Below, one piece after another: positions 43,585-53,802 of a stretch of DNA of 64,000 nt. Source of the DNA: a virus. Within the stretch, counting starts at the first letter, position 1; each line of letters starts with the position of its first letter. The position numbers and the translations under genes were made by a program. The stretch is from positions 38,928-102,927 of the IMG/VR virus record IMGVR_UViG_3300028800_000006, one strand, 5' to 3'. The notes beneath the pieces are model-generated. The model did not search any database, was not told the DNA's origin, and was given only the letters and a program-made list of their open reading frames with translations.

Positions 43585-45300
43585 CTAGTAGGGGAGCTTG
43601 CGAGACGCGCGCTCAGCTCGAACCTGGCTGCACACCAACGCCTTCACAGCCGCAGCAGCAGTCCGGTGACGCGAGATCCGCGCTTTCGGATTGTACATAT
43701 TTTCCGCCGTCCACTTCTCACCTGCCGGTCGTGCACGACCAGGAAGCACTGGAGCTTCGTACACCTCGCCGAGACGGATGCCGCCTACGAACACTGTTGC
43801 GTTCTGCCTGTACTTGCTGTCTCCACGCCGGACGAACACGCGAGGCACCGAAGTGATCCCGCAGGCGATGGTGTGCTCTTTGGCCATCCAGTAAGCCTAA
43901 CGCCGCTTGCTCACGCGTCGCAAACGCCACTCGTGCGGCGGCAGATCTTCCAGGGCAGCCGAGCACGAGTCACGCTGCGTATCGCTCGATGCGCCGTGGT
44001 GGTCGAGGTAGGACGACTGCCACTTGCCGGCGAACTTCGTGGACCGGTGCACGACCACCGTCTTGCGTGGATCGAGACGGTTCTGCAGCTCTACGCCCGT
44101 GATCCGCGCGCCATCGCAGACGTAGCGCTTACTCTTGAGCCCGAACAGGAGCTTGCGGGTCTGGATGCGAATGGGCTGACCACGGCTCATGGTGCACGCG
44201 AATCGATCAGCTTAACCGCGGCCTGTGGGTGTGTCTGCTTGGCTGCACGAACGGCCTTCCTGCTTCGTTCACCAGGCCGCACATGACTGGACCACAGAAA
44301 CCAGCGCAGCGGCGACGTACGGTCCCGATACACACGCACCTCAAGCACGCGGATCACTTCTCTTCGCGCAGCACAAACTTCGGCTTCTTCGGCCGCACAT
44401 CCCGGCCGATCGGCTCTTCCAGAAAAGCGGTGCGACACTGCACCCGTGCAGCTTTCGCTGTTAGCCCTCTACCGCTCGCCGTGTGCGTGCTGTGCAGCCC
44501 AGATGGGCCATAGACGTAGCACGTGAACCTTCTCCACTTTGTCGCCATCTACCGTCGTCCTTTCACAGTCGCCCGCCCGATCATGAACGCGAGCCCAGCG
44601 GCGACCACGCCCAGGCCGATCGACTTGATGGTGTACCAGCGCACGAAGTAGTCCGGGGCGACCGTGATCGCCGTGCGCGCGTCCGCGGCGAAGTCACCCA
44701 ATCCCGCGCGAATCAAAACGGCGCCTCCTCACGATCCGGAATGTTCTCGCATCGCTCGATGTACTGGCGCGACCGCCGCACAGCCTCCGACCGCTCGGGC
44801 AGCTGCAGCCGGAACCCCACCGCCTCTTCGAGCACAGGCAGCCGCTCGGACAGGTCTTCCCAGTGGCGCGTGGACGGCACGGTCACGTCGAGCGCCTCCG
44901 CCCAGCTCGCGACCTTGCGGCCCGGCGTCCGGCGCTCAAACTGCTCGTTCAGCGCATCGAATCGGCCATCACCCGGCCGGGCCCGCGGCTTTGGCCCGCG
45001 CCGGCCATGGTTCACCCAGGCGCGGTACGCTGTGCAGTCGCTGCCGCAGTCCGACTCCACGAACGAGCGGAGCCGCGGGTTGGCGTTGAGCAGCTCGCGG
45101 ACCGGCTCTCGCTTCACCTTGAAGGTGCGCGGGCGGGCCTCGCGGGATGCCTCGCGGAAGCACCGGCGCCGCACGGGATCCTTCGGCGTCTCGTACACCC
45201 ACGGCATCCCAAGCTGGTCACGGCCGCGCAGGAGGTGCAGGCCGACCGCAACAGCAGCGACGCCCAGCGCCAAACCGCCGAAGTGCGAGTTAACCAGCAT
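43585..45300 (-). other. Operon of small basic/membrane genes (43585-43887, 43897-44190, 44354-44548, 44549-44716, 44713-45300)
   Basis: Coupled ORFs, Arg/Lys-rich; QLGMPW and AGFGDF motifs. Confidence 0.55.
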
Positions 45301-45319
45301 CTGCGATAGGATACACCAA

Positions 45320-45649
45320 ATGGCGTCCGTCGATCTCAGCCAGACCCACCTCAAGACCGTACACGTGATCGCTGTTGTCCTGGCGCTCCTGTCAGCCGGG
45401 CTCTACATCGGCCGCACGTACGTCAGCCTGACCTGGGCTGTGCGCGAGCTGGACAACAAGCAGAAGGAGATTCCGACCAAAGAGGATCTCCGCCAGCTGC
45501 ACACCGAGCTGAACGTGGAGCTGACACACGCTGCCGCGGAGCGCGCGAAGTTCTACCTAGAGCACGCCAGGGCGGAGTGCGAGCCCCCGGTCAAGCACGG
45601 GGGGAAGTGGAAGTGCTCGTGGGTATGGCCGCCGCCCCCCGAGGACTAG
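45320..45649 (+). CDS. Single-TM coiled-coil protein
   Basis: TAGGAT-N7-ATG; TM segment VIAVVLALLSAGLYIG. Confidence 0.6.
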   Translation: MASVDLSQTHLKTVHVIAVVLALLSAGLYIGRTYVSLTWAVRELDNKQKEIPTKEDLRQLHTELNVELTHAAAERAKFYLEHARAECEPPVKHGGKWKCSWVWPPPPED

Positions 45650-45857
45650 AAGCGCCGTCGCTTCCGAGTCCACGTCGCCTAGACATCGTCGTGTGCCTTG
45701 AACGCCGCCGAGAGCACGCACGCCCTCGCGGTCACATCGAGCGCCGGGAACGCTCGTAGCACACCCCGTCGAACGATGCCGGTCATCTGCCGGCGCCGCC
45801 GATCGTGCGCGCCCCGAGCGGAGCGCACGTCGTGCGTAACAGGTGGGCGCCGCCGGC

Positions 45858-46442
45858 TCACGGCCTGTGCTTCGACCGGTGAGCCGTCACGGCCAGTACG
45901 ACCGCGAGCCCCACCGCGAGGATGGCCAGGCCCTGCGCCGGGTCCAGGCTGATGTGGTCGTACTGCGCCGGGATGAACGCCTTCACGTCCACCGATGCGT
46001 GATCGATCGGCAGGCCGCCTGGCGCGAACGTCGGCCCTCTCCCGTAGGGGGAAGGCGGCGGGTAGTAACCTGGCTGTGGCTGCTGGTAGTACGACATCGG
46101 ATATCCCCCTGATTGCGGCGCTGGCGCGGGTGGCGGCGGCGACGGGTTGCTCGGGTCGATCCCCGCGGCCTGCTCGATGGCCGCCGCCATGTCGTTGGCC
46201 GACGCCCTGATCATCGACGTGGTGGCGCGCTGCCAGTTCTGCGGGATCTTCCTGCCAGCGCCCTGGACGACGTAGACGATGAGGGCCCGATTCGCCGCTG
46301 CAGCCGTTGCCGTCCCGACCACGCCATCCACGCGCACCAGCAGCTTCGCATCCTGGTGCTGCTGCCCGAGCGCATTGAGCGCGTTCTGCAGCCGAACGAC
46401 TGCAGGCGAGACCGCCGCGCCGAGGTAGCCTGAAAGCCGCAT
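45858..46442 (-). CDS. Peptidoglycan-binding domain protein with C-terminal TM
   Basis: VVRLQNALNALG...VDGVVGTATAAA; N-terminal MRLSGYLG. Confidence 0.7.
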   Translation of the reverse strand: MRLSGYLGAAVSPAVVRLQNALNALGQQHQDAKLLVRVDGVVGTATAAAANRALIVYVVQGAGRKIPQNWQRATTSMIRASANDMAAAIEQAAGIDPSNPSPPPPAPAPQSGGYPMSYYQQPQPGYYPPPSPYGRGPTFAPGGLPIDHASVDVKAFIPAQYDHISLDPAQGLAILAVGLAVVLAVTAHRSKHRP

Positions 46443-46452
46443 AACCGAAAGC

Positions 46453-47068
46453 CTAACCCTGCGGTAGGTCCGTGGGCAAATAGCGCTGGTCCACGCGCAC
46501 GAGCTTCACGTGTCCATCCACGACCGTGATGACCAAGTCGGCGTGGGCCCGCGTCGCAAGGAGCTTCGCGAACATGCGCCCCACACCCATCCAGAACGAG
46601 ATGATGGGCGGCGGCAGCGCTGGTGGTTGCGGCTGGCTCATCGGTTGTGCAGGTAGTACGCGGTCGCGGCCACGCCTACCGCAACGCCGATGAGGATGCC
46701 GACCGCGATGGTCGGGATCATGCGTGGGCACGCCTCGGCCGCCGCGAGCGCAGAAGGAGGCTTCATGGCGAAGCGCGCCGCGGAGCCGGGGAGGGGAATG
46801 TCCATCGTGCCGCCGTTGGGCAGGACGAGTGTGCGGGTGTTCGAGGCCATCAGCGTTTCTTCTCCCAGGGCCGAGCGCAGCCCTTGGCGTAGAACTGGTC
46901 CGTGAGTTGGTGGACCGTCGACCGCCGCGCAAGTCCTGTCTCGATCTGATCGAGCATCACACTTGCGATTTTGCAGTCTCCGGCGCGCAGCGCACCGCGG
47001 AACCTGCGGATCGCTTTTGCTGTGCTCGTGCGCCCTACGACATCGAATTGGTTGTGTCGAGCAGCCAT
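46453..47068 (-). other. Three small genes (46453-46641, 46638-46850 with TM, 46850-47068 GDC family)
   Basis: ATGA/TGATG coupling; LRAGDCKIAS motif. Confidence 0.55.
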
Positions 47069-48555
47069 CAAGGCTCCGTCACGTCGAAGTCTCGATGCTT
47101 CGCCTGGGGCGGATGAACGCCGAACTTGCTCCGGCCTGGCAACGTCGTATCGAGCGCGATCCACTGGCGCGGGTTGTTCTTCGGGTAGCCCGCCAAGCAG
47201 TAGATGTGGTCCCACGTCGCGCCGGTGTTGGACGTGATGCGGAACCGCGTGTTGAAACCGTTCTCCATCGCGAGCACAGCGCACGCCACGGAATGGTCGT
47301 CGCACTGCCGTGTGATCACGTCGCACTCCGGCAAGTACACGCGACCGGTCGCGGTCATGATGTCGTAGGTCTCAGCCTGCTCGGGCTCGATCGCGATCGA
47401 CTTCACCTTCGCCCACGGCCGCCGCGTCGCCTCTGCGCGTACGGTCAAGCGATGGATTGGGTTCTTCCCCGCGCCTCCATGGTCAGCCAGTGTCGTCCAC
47501 GCCATCGAGTGCCCGAACATGCGCTTGAGCACGCGGTACTGCAGCGCCAGCGTGTGCGAGATGGTCGAATACACGAGGTTTGAGCCGTGCGTGCTCAGGC
47601 CGCCGTCACCCATCTCCATCGCGCGTAGAATGGTCGCGATCGTCTTCGGGCCGTACCGGAACGACGGCAGCCCCTTCTCGATGGCGGTCCGGCCCAGATC
47701 GTACGACTCGGCGAAGTCGCGCGCATGCAGCTTGATCTCGCGCGTCCGCTCCGTGAACGGAATGTCGCGTGCACGAAGGATCTCGATGACCCGCTCGCGA
47801 ATCATCTTGCGGTTCGCGACACCCGCAATCGACAGGTAGTCCTGCGGTCCGTTTTTCTTCTTGTTGCTGCGGCAGCCTTCAGCCAGGTACGCCCCGATCA
47901 GGAACGCCGTGGCCTCGTCCAGCTCATCGGCAGCGGCGCCGTCGAATCGGCGGGGCTGCAGCAGGTCATCGCCGAGTCGAATGTTGGCGATCTGGACCTC
48001 TTCCGCGTCCCCGTACGTCCCGCCCTCCGGCACGCGCAGGATCTTGTGCGTCGGGCTCAAGCGCAGCTCGTTGCCGTTGTCGATCCCGAGGCGGATGATC
48101 TCTTTCGGGCCGCGCTCCCACGTCTTCATGACGGGAACCCATGACTCGCCGTCATGGATCTCGTCTCCCACTTCGAGCTGCTCGACCGGCTCGAACCCGT
48201 CCCTGGTCAGGAACAGCGTGCCTTCGGGGAAGCAGTCTCCTCCCGCCATCTGCAGCGTCCGCCAGGCGGTCTGGAACGTGTCCTTGTCCGTGATGTCGCC
48301 CGTGTACCGCACGTTCTGCTTCACGAACTCGTAGATCGCGTTCAGCTCGCACGTGTCGTTGCGGGCCGGGCACCCCCGCGTGACCTCCAGCCCGATCTGC
48401 CGCATGCGCGGATCCTTGAGCCCGCCCACCGGATCGTTCCGGCGCCCAAATGCAGCGTCCCCCAACCACACCATGCGTTTCAGAATCGCCACGCGGTCAT
48501 CGAGCGTCCGCACGGTGTGTGCGCGAAGCTGCGGGCCGCCGTCGTAGAAGGCCAT
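47068..48555 (-). CDS. Transglutaminase-like cysteine protease interrupted by an intein
   Basis: Exteins give VRYTGD...GGD|CDDHS...WDHIY...ALDTT (Cys-His-Asp triad); 185 aa after splicing. Confidence 0.85.
   Translation of the reverse strand: MAFYDGGPQLRAHTVRTLDDRVAILKRMVWLGDAAFGRRNDPVGGLKDPRMRQIGLEVTRGCPARNDTCELNAIYEFVKQNVRYTGDITDKDTFQTAWRTLQMAGGDCFPEGTLFLTRDGFEPVEQLEVGDEIHDGESWVPVMKTWERGPKEIIRLGIDNGNELRLSPTHKILRVPEGGTYGDAEEVQIANIRLGDDLLQPRRFDGAAADELDEATAFLIGAYLAEGCRSNKKKNGPQDYLSIAGVANRKMIRERVIEILRARDIPFTERTREIKLHARDFAESYDLGRTAIEKGLPSFRYGPKTIATILRAMEMGDGGLSTHGSNLVYSTISHTLALQYRVLKRMFGHSMAWTTLADHGGAGKNPIHRLTVRAEATRRPWAKVKSIAIEPEQAETYDIMTATGRVYLPECDVITRQCDDHSVACAVLAMENGFNTRFRITSNTGATWDHIYCLAGYPKNNPRQWIALDTTLPGRSKFGVHPPQAKHRDFDVTEP
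47305..48234 (-). mobile_element. Intein (310 aa) with LAGLIDADG homing endonuclease
   Basis: Block A CFPEGT; block B LSPTHKIL; LIGAYLAEG and AMEMGDGG; block F TYDIMT; ends TRQ before Cys+1. Confidence 0.9.
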
Positions 48556-48641
48556 GTCCCGTACGAGTGTGCACGTCCGCAGGGCCCGCGGTCAAGTCGC
48601 TGAATTGACTCGACCCGTTGTCCCCACGTACGATATCCCTC

Positions 48642-49007
48642 GTGCTTGTTCAAGGGCCGCTCGGGTTCTCTCTCCCCTCCTCGATCACATCTGTCGCGAG
48701 GAGCGCGTACAGCGTCGCTTCTGACCCGCGTGTGCAGGCCAGCGCTGCTGTGGTGGGCACGCAGTTCGCCCCCGACACGACCGCGCAGGTGCAGCAGTAC
48801 GCGCGCACCGTCTCGCGCAGCATCCGCCAGGCCAACCGCGCATTCAACCCAGCGACGGGCCAGATGCCGCCGATGCAGCAGCCCCTGCCCGATCCTGGCT
48901 ACGATGACGCTGGCGGTGGCAGCATGCCGGTCCAGCACAGCAACATGCTCGTCTACGCAGGCATCGGTGTCGGTGCCCTGGTCCTCTTCCTTCTCTTGCG
49001 AAAGTGA
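48642..49007 (+). CDS. LG|F family C-terminally anchored membrane protein
   Basis: TTGACT-N18-TACGAT-N7-GTG; PLGFSLPSSITSVAR; ends VLFLLLRK. Confidence 0.7.
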   Translation: MLVQGPLGFSLPSSITSVARSAYSVASDPRVQASAAVVGTQFAPDTTAQVQQYARTVSRSIRQANRAFNPATGQMPPMQQPLPDPGYDDAGGGSMPVQHSNMLVYAGIGVGALVLFLLLRK

Positions 49008-49531
49008 ACATCATGCAGACCTCCACCGCTCTGGGCATCTCCTTCTCTCCGGCCGGCTTCCATCCCACGCCACCACCGGCCGCGCCACCTCCGCGCTACT
49101 ACGCGCCGCAGCCGATTCGGATCGCGAACCGGTCCTCAATGCGTCCGATCATCCGGCCGGCGTCCCCGGCGTACCGGCCGAGCGCATTTCAGCCGCGCCC
49201 CGGGTTCTTTCCCAACTACGGGCAGGACCGCTACGCGCGCTACGAAGCCGGCGCCGCCGCTCGCGCCGCTGCCGATGCACGGATGATCGCGCTGCAGACC
49301 CAGCAGCAGTTCCAGCAACAGCAGTTCGCCACACAGCAGGTGCAGTCGTCGCCCGCCGCGCCCGGGGGCGATCTGACCCCGGCACAGGACAACTCGGCGG
49401 CAGCCGATGCGGCGAGCGCCGCGAGTGACCCCGCCGCCGGTGGCGGGCACAAGCACCTGCTGCTGTTCGCAGGGATTGCCGCCGCCGTCGTCGTCGGCGG
49501 GTACGTAGTGCTGAAGAAGCGCAAGTCGTAA
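49004..49531 (+). CDS. Pro/Gln-rich C-terminally anchored membrane protein (LG|I)
   Basis: ALGISFSP; ends GGYVVLKKRKS. Confidence 0.7.
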   Translation: MNIMQTSTALGISFSPAGFHPTPPPAAPPPRYYAPQPIRIANRSSMRPIIRPASPAYRPSAFQPRPGFFPNYGQDRYARYEAGAAARAAADARMIALQTQQQFQQQQFATQQVQSSPAAPGGDLTPAQDNSAAADAASAASDPAAGGGHKHLLLFAGIAAAVVVGGYVVLKKRKS

Positions 49532-49539
49532 GGGCACCC

Positions 49540-50322
49540 GTGATCTTCGGGAACTCGGATGCTGCCTGGGTTGACGACGGCACCCTAGGCTTCTCGATCA
49601 CTTCGCCCTTCAAGAGCGTCGCCCACGCGGCCACCGCGGTCGGCAAGGGAGTCGCTCACGGGACGGTTGCTGCTGCGAAGGGCGCTGGGGGCCTCGCGCA
49701 GAGGTACGGCAAGACGGCCGCGGAGCTGGCCGTGCTACCTGTCGTCGAGGTGAACAAGGCCATCGTGGCGCCGGTGCTCAAGGCCACTGTCCTCCGCCCC
49801 GTCATCAGCCGGATCAACACGCTGAAGGACCGCCGGGCGAAGAAGCTGGCCTGGGACAACCGCAAGTCGACGACACCCACGCCCCAAGAGCGGAGTCAGG
49901 CCAGCAGCTGGACGAAGTCTCACCTGCGCAGCCAGGCGCCGCCGCTCGGGCTGATGATGTCGGTGCTGGCCGGGAGCGCCCCTCAGATGGGCCTCCGCGG
50001 CCTGGGCGAGCCCACCACAGCCACCATCACAGCCGCTGTGCCGGCGCTGATCGCTCTCCTGAACTCGATCCTGAAGAAGGCCAACAGCAGCGGCGACGCG
50101 CCCGAGCATGTGGGAGGCGGCAGCGGCGGTACAGCGGCCGGAGGCGAGAGTGGCGCTCCCGACAGCGGCAGTACAGCGTCAGACGGTGGCACGCCAGGTG
50201 GTGGCAAGCACGGCGCGCGATCCGTCAGCTCGTTGCCGCTCGGCCTCACGAAGAAGCAGCTCACGATCGGCGGCGCGGTGCTGGGCGGCGTCGTCCTGCT
50301 CGCGCTGCTCACCCGAAAATGA
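49540..50322 (+). CDS. LG|F family C-terminally anchored membrane protein
   Basis: TLGFSITSPFKSVAH; internal MGLRGLGEP; ends LLALLTRK. Confidence 0.75.
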   Translation: MIFGNSDAAWVDDGTLGFSITSPFKSVAHAATAVGKGVAHGTVAAAKGAGGLAQRYGKTAAELAVLPVVEVNKAIVAPVLKATVLRPVISRINTLKDRRAKKLAWDNRKSTTPTPQERSQASSWTKSHLRSQAPPLGLMMSVLAGSAPQMGLRGLGEPTTATITAAVPALIALLNSILKKANSSGDAPEHVGGGSGGTAAGGESGAPDSGSTASDGGTPGGGKHGARSVSSLPLGLTKKQLTIGGAVLGGVVLLALLTRK

Positions 50323-50530
50323 TCAGCACCGGCGGGCCCTGGTACGCCTCGGCAGCCGACCGCGCCGTCCACGCAGCAGCCGCCGTCAATGACGTCGAGA
50401 ACTGGCCGGTGGACGACGCAGCGGCCGTCATCGGGGTCGAGACGGCCTGGCTGGCGGGGCTACTGCTGGGGCTAAAATTCCTGATCGGCGGGCTCGTTGC
50501 CGAGCGCCGCCGAGTCACCGGTCACCGCGG

Positions 50531-50902
50531 TTAGCGGTTGATCGAGTGGCGGAAGTTCAGCTCGAACACGACGTTGCCGGCGCCATTGGTCGCCATGTCG
50601 AAGTGGTTCACGCTCGAATCGGTCGTGAAGTTGTAGCTTCCCGAAACGATGCCAGAGCCCGTTCCGGTCGCGTAGACCGACAGGCGCCCGTCCTCGACCA
50701 AGTTCGCCCACGCGGCAACGCCCGGCCCCGGAGGGCCCTCGAAAAGCGGCGCGGTCAGAAGCGACTTCAGCGGGCCCGCCACACAGAGCGCGACCAGCGA
50801 TGCCTGTGACAGCTGCGCCGTGTCACCACCCTCGCCGCCGGTGGCCGCGTTCAGACGAAGCATGTCTTGCGTTGCGTTCAGAACAGTGATCGTGAGTGCC
50901 AT
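50531..50902 (-). CDS. Small beta-rich protein, paralog of 40412-40753
   Basis: Shared motifs; promoter TTGACA-N18-TAGCCT-N8-ATG. Confidence 0.7.
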   Translation of the reverse strand: MALTITVLNATQDMLRLNAATGGEGGDTAQLSQASLVALCVAGPLKSLLTAPLFEGPPGPGVAAWANLVEDGRLSVYATGTGSGIVSGSYNFTTDSSVNHFDMATNGAGNVVFELNFRHSINR

Positions 50903-50951
50903 GAGTAAGAAGGCTAACGCCTGGCGCGGGGCGGTGTCAATCGGGAGTCGA

Positions 50952-51443
50952 TCAGCACCCGTGCACGTCCACGCAACCGAACACATGACTGCCGTTGTAC
51001 TGGTCGTTCGGGTCCGTGAACTGACACGGCGTTGCGTCGAGCGGATATCCCTGGCGCTCCACACCCACGCAGCCATAGAGGAGATGCCCGTCCTCCGACA
51101 TGCCGCACGCCGGTGATGATGAGATTGGCGAGCCGAACTCCGTCACGTAGTCGGGGCACACCGGTAGCGCAATCACGTCGATTCCACGAGGAACGACGCC
51201 GCCTGTTCCCGCCACCAAGGCACCACCAGCACCCGCGCTATCCATCCCGCCCGCGCCCCCTGTTCCTGCCACTGCCGTTCCTCCTGTGCTGCCTGGAGAT
51301 GCCCCAGAGGCACCGCCAGCGGCAACAGCACCTCCGCTACCAGCCAGCGCAATCCCACCAGTCCCCTGCGGCTCACCACTGCCGAACGGCATTCCATGCA
51401 CTTCGCCGCAGCCGACCAGCAACACGAACAGCAGATACTTCAT
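50952..51443 (-). CDS. Lipoprotein with Gly-rich linker and Cys-rich C-terminus
   Basis: MKYLLFVLLVG-C lipobox; GTGG/AGSGG repeats; AAGGAG RBS. Confidence 0.7.
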   Translation of the reverse strand: MKYLLFVLLVGCGEVHGMPFGSGEPQGTGGIALAGSGGAVAAGGASGASPGSTGGTAVAGTGGAGGMDSAGAGGALVAGTGGVVPRGIDVIALPVCPDYVTEFGSPISSSPACGMSEDGHLLYGCVGVERQGYPLDATPCQFTDPNDQYNGSHVFGCVDVHGC

Positions 51444-51455
51444 CACGCTCTCCTT

Positions 51456-51520
51456 GGAAAAAGCGAGGCGCCGGCCGGCAGAAAGAAAAACGCCAGTTAA
51501 ACCAACTGCCGACCGACGCC
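51456..51520 (-). terminator. Large-loop hairpin with U-tract ending the AAA/vWA operon
   Basis: 15-bp stem (51467-51481/51506-51520), fully paired only on the minus strand via two G-U pairs; followed by TCGCTTTTT. Confidence 0.65.
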
Positions 51521-51531
51521 CCAAAACCCTA

Positions 51532-52380
51532 CTACGCCGCCTCGTCCGAAGCCATGAGCATCGCGGTCGCGATCGACGCCTGCAGCCCCTCGACCCGCTC
51601 GCGGCACTTGAGCTGCGTCCCGAGCAACGCATCGTACTCGGCGATCTTGACCAGCAGCATGTCGCACGCCTCGCGCCGAGTCTTCAGCGCCCGGTCGCCC
51701 AGCGTGGTCAGCTCCTCCATGACGGCGTTCACAGCCGCGTCAGCCTCCTGCGTGATGGCGTCCGTGATGGCGCGGATGGCCTCGTCGTTTCGCATCGCCG
51801 GGATCTGGAAGACCGCATGGGCAGAGACGGACTCGATCGCGCTGGACACGCGGCGCCACAGATCGGCCTGCTTGCGGGGCACGAAGTAGATACCGCCCGT
51901 GTCCCGCAGTGGCACCGCCTGCAGCTTCTTGGCAAGCCTCACCATCCACGCCGAGATGTCTTGCGGCGCCAGCTCGCCCTGCTGCCGATCGAAGTTGGCG
52001 CGGATGCGCATGACGGTCGCCTCGTACTCGGTCGGCGACAGGGCCTCCCGCGTGAACGTCGGATTGGTGCCGTCGAAGCCGACCACGTACAGCAGGCTGT
52101 GTGAGATCGACTCGTTGGCGGCGCTCTCCGCAACGATGCCCCACGTCGACTCGGCCTTGAGCGGCCGGACCAGGATGCGGGGGGCTGCCTCCATCTTCAC
52201 GGCACGGCCGAGCGCGACAGCCCGGCCCGGGAGCCCCGGCAACATGGCGTCGTTGAGCTGGCGCTCGGCCCAGGCGGTCGCAAGGCGCGTGGCGTTGATC
52301 TGCCCGGCCAGCCTCCAGTAGGTGATGGTGCCGGCGGTCTGGGCGGATTCGGGAGTGACGATCAGGTTCTGAGTGTTCAT
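51532..52380 (-). CDS. Phage protein (DUF6744/DUF3150-like) in the AAA-vWA operon
   Basis: GTITYW and PLRDTGGIYFVP motifs; gene context. Confidence 0.6.
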   Translation of the reverse strand: MNTQNLIVTPESAQTAGTITYWRLAGQINATRLATAWAERQLNDAMLPGLPGRAVALGRAVKMEAAPRILVRPLKAESTWGIVAESAANESISHSLLYVVGFDGTNPTFTREALSPTEYEATVMRIRANFDRQQGELAPQDISAWMVRLAKKLQAVPLRDTGGIYFVPRKQADLWRRVSSAIESVSAHAVFQIPAMRNDEAIRAITDAITQEADAAVNAVMEELTTLGDRALKTRREACDMLLVKIAEYDALLGTQLKCRERVEGLQASIATAMLMASDEAA

Positions 52381-52416
52381 TGGCGTTTTTCCTTTCAGTG
52401 GGTAGGTCAGTGCAAG

Positions 52417-53098
52417 TCAGCGGCCGAACGCCCGGCGGGGCGCCCAGCTCGGATCGAACTCTTTGAGAGCCGCGAGCGCAGCCTGCTCCTCCTGCTCGTA
52501 CTTGGTGAGGATGGCACCTCGCGTATGACCAGACTCGCCGAATGGCTGAGCGAGCGCCTTTGCGTCCATGCCGCGAAAGCTGGCACGGGCGCGAGTGGCG
52601 TTGTCGGCAGCGCGGCCGTAGTCGCCTTCGAGAGCTTCTATGATCCTGCGTTTCGTTTCGACGTTCATGGGCGTTTTCCTTTCAAGTGAGCAAGGCGTGT
52701 TCTGCAAGAATCGCCGCACGCAGCTTTCGGTCTTTCACCGCGGCGGCGAATTTTTCTGGTTGTGTTCTCCAGACGATGGACGCCCATTCGGGCATCCACA
52801 GGCTGCCGTTGATGCTGTGGATCTTCACACCAGCCACAGCGAGACGGGCCGCCAGCGTGTCACTGGTGACCAGCGTAAGCCCTCTCAGTTTCGCACGACG
52901 TGCACGGGTCTTGGGGTCGAGTCGCGTCTGCCCATTCCGCTCCACGATCGCGGGCCAATGCTCGTCCACCGCGGCACGGATCTTCCGCAACTGAGCGAGC
53001 ACGCGCTTCCTGCCGTTCCGCCGCGCGATCTTCCGCCCGGCCGTTTCCGGCAGGCGGTTGATCTCGCGTTCGAGCTGCTGGATGAGCTTGGCGATCAC
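52417..53098 (-). other. Two hypothetical genes (52417-52668, 52682-53098)
   Basis: Conserved RBS box before 52668; GTGA overlap at 53098. Confidence 0.6.
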
Positions 53099-53799
53099 GG
53101 CGTGCTGCCTTCCCTGTGGGCCTTGTACGTCTGCCGAACAGTTCCGCGACCGCGCGCGAATTTTCCATCTGCGCCAAGCCTGTGCGGTGCAGGCACAGGT
53201 GTCCGAAGCGCCACGCCTACAGGCCAGCCCAGCCGCAGACGAAGCTTCAGCGCACCGTACGATATTCCAGACTCTTCGGCCCACGCAGCAAGAGACTGCG
53301 TCTTTCGCTTGTACGTGATGAGCCGGTTGTTCCTCCTGTTCCGGCCTTGCACCTTGTACGTTGCCCAACAGCAGTTCCCTGGCCGATATCCTTCGCCGTT
53401 TCGCACCCGCTCGACCGTGTAGCGCCGGCCGTCAACAGGCATCGGCCCCATGTCAGTCAGAAACTTCGCGAACGACTGCCACCGGCGACACACGGTTATC
53501 CCTCGCTGCCTGTACCCGTACTGCAGGTTTCTGCAGCGTGCCCGCATCGCCAGCCACGACCGATACTCCCGCGTTTGGCTGTGGTCAGCCGCCGCTCCGT
53601 GTCGGCGCCAGTAGCGCCTGTACTTGCAGCCGGTCCCACACGTTCTGAGGTGCCCAAACCGAAGCTCAGGCCCTGTCGCTGTGCGCTCCATTCCGCAGTC
53701 GCAACGGACGTTCCACAGTGCCTTCCTGCTGATGTCAGCCAAGTGCAGCACGGTCAGGTTGCCGAATCGCTGACCTGTTATGTCGACAACAGCGCCCAC
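53095..53799 (-). CDS. HNH-type homing endonuclease
   Basis: DITGQRFGNLTV, CDCG, RGITVCRRW, ERVRNGEGYRPGNCCWAT, QGRNRR. Confidence 0.8.
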   Translation of the reverse strand: MGAVVDITGQRFGNLTVLHLADISRKALWNVRCDCGMERTATGPELRFGHLRTCGTGCKYRRYWRRHGAAADHSQTREYRSWLAMRARCRNLQYGYRQRGITVCRRWQSFAKFLTDMGPMPVDGRRYTVERVRNGEGYRPGNCCWATYKVQGRNRRNNRLITYKRKTQSLAAWAEESGISYGALKLRLRLGWPVGVALRTPVPAPHRLGADGKFARGRGTVRQTYKAHREGSTP

Positions 53800-53802
53800 C
53801 TG

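Noticed and set aside
44483-45649. 388-aa plus-strand ORF
   Set aside because: The real start is probably 45320 (promoter geometry, TM segment); the rest is antisense to the minus-strand operon.
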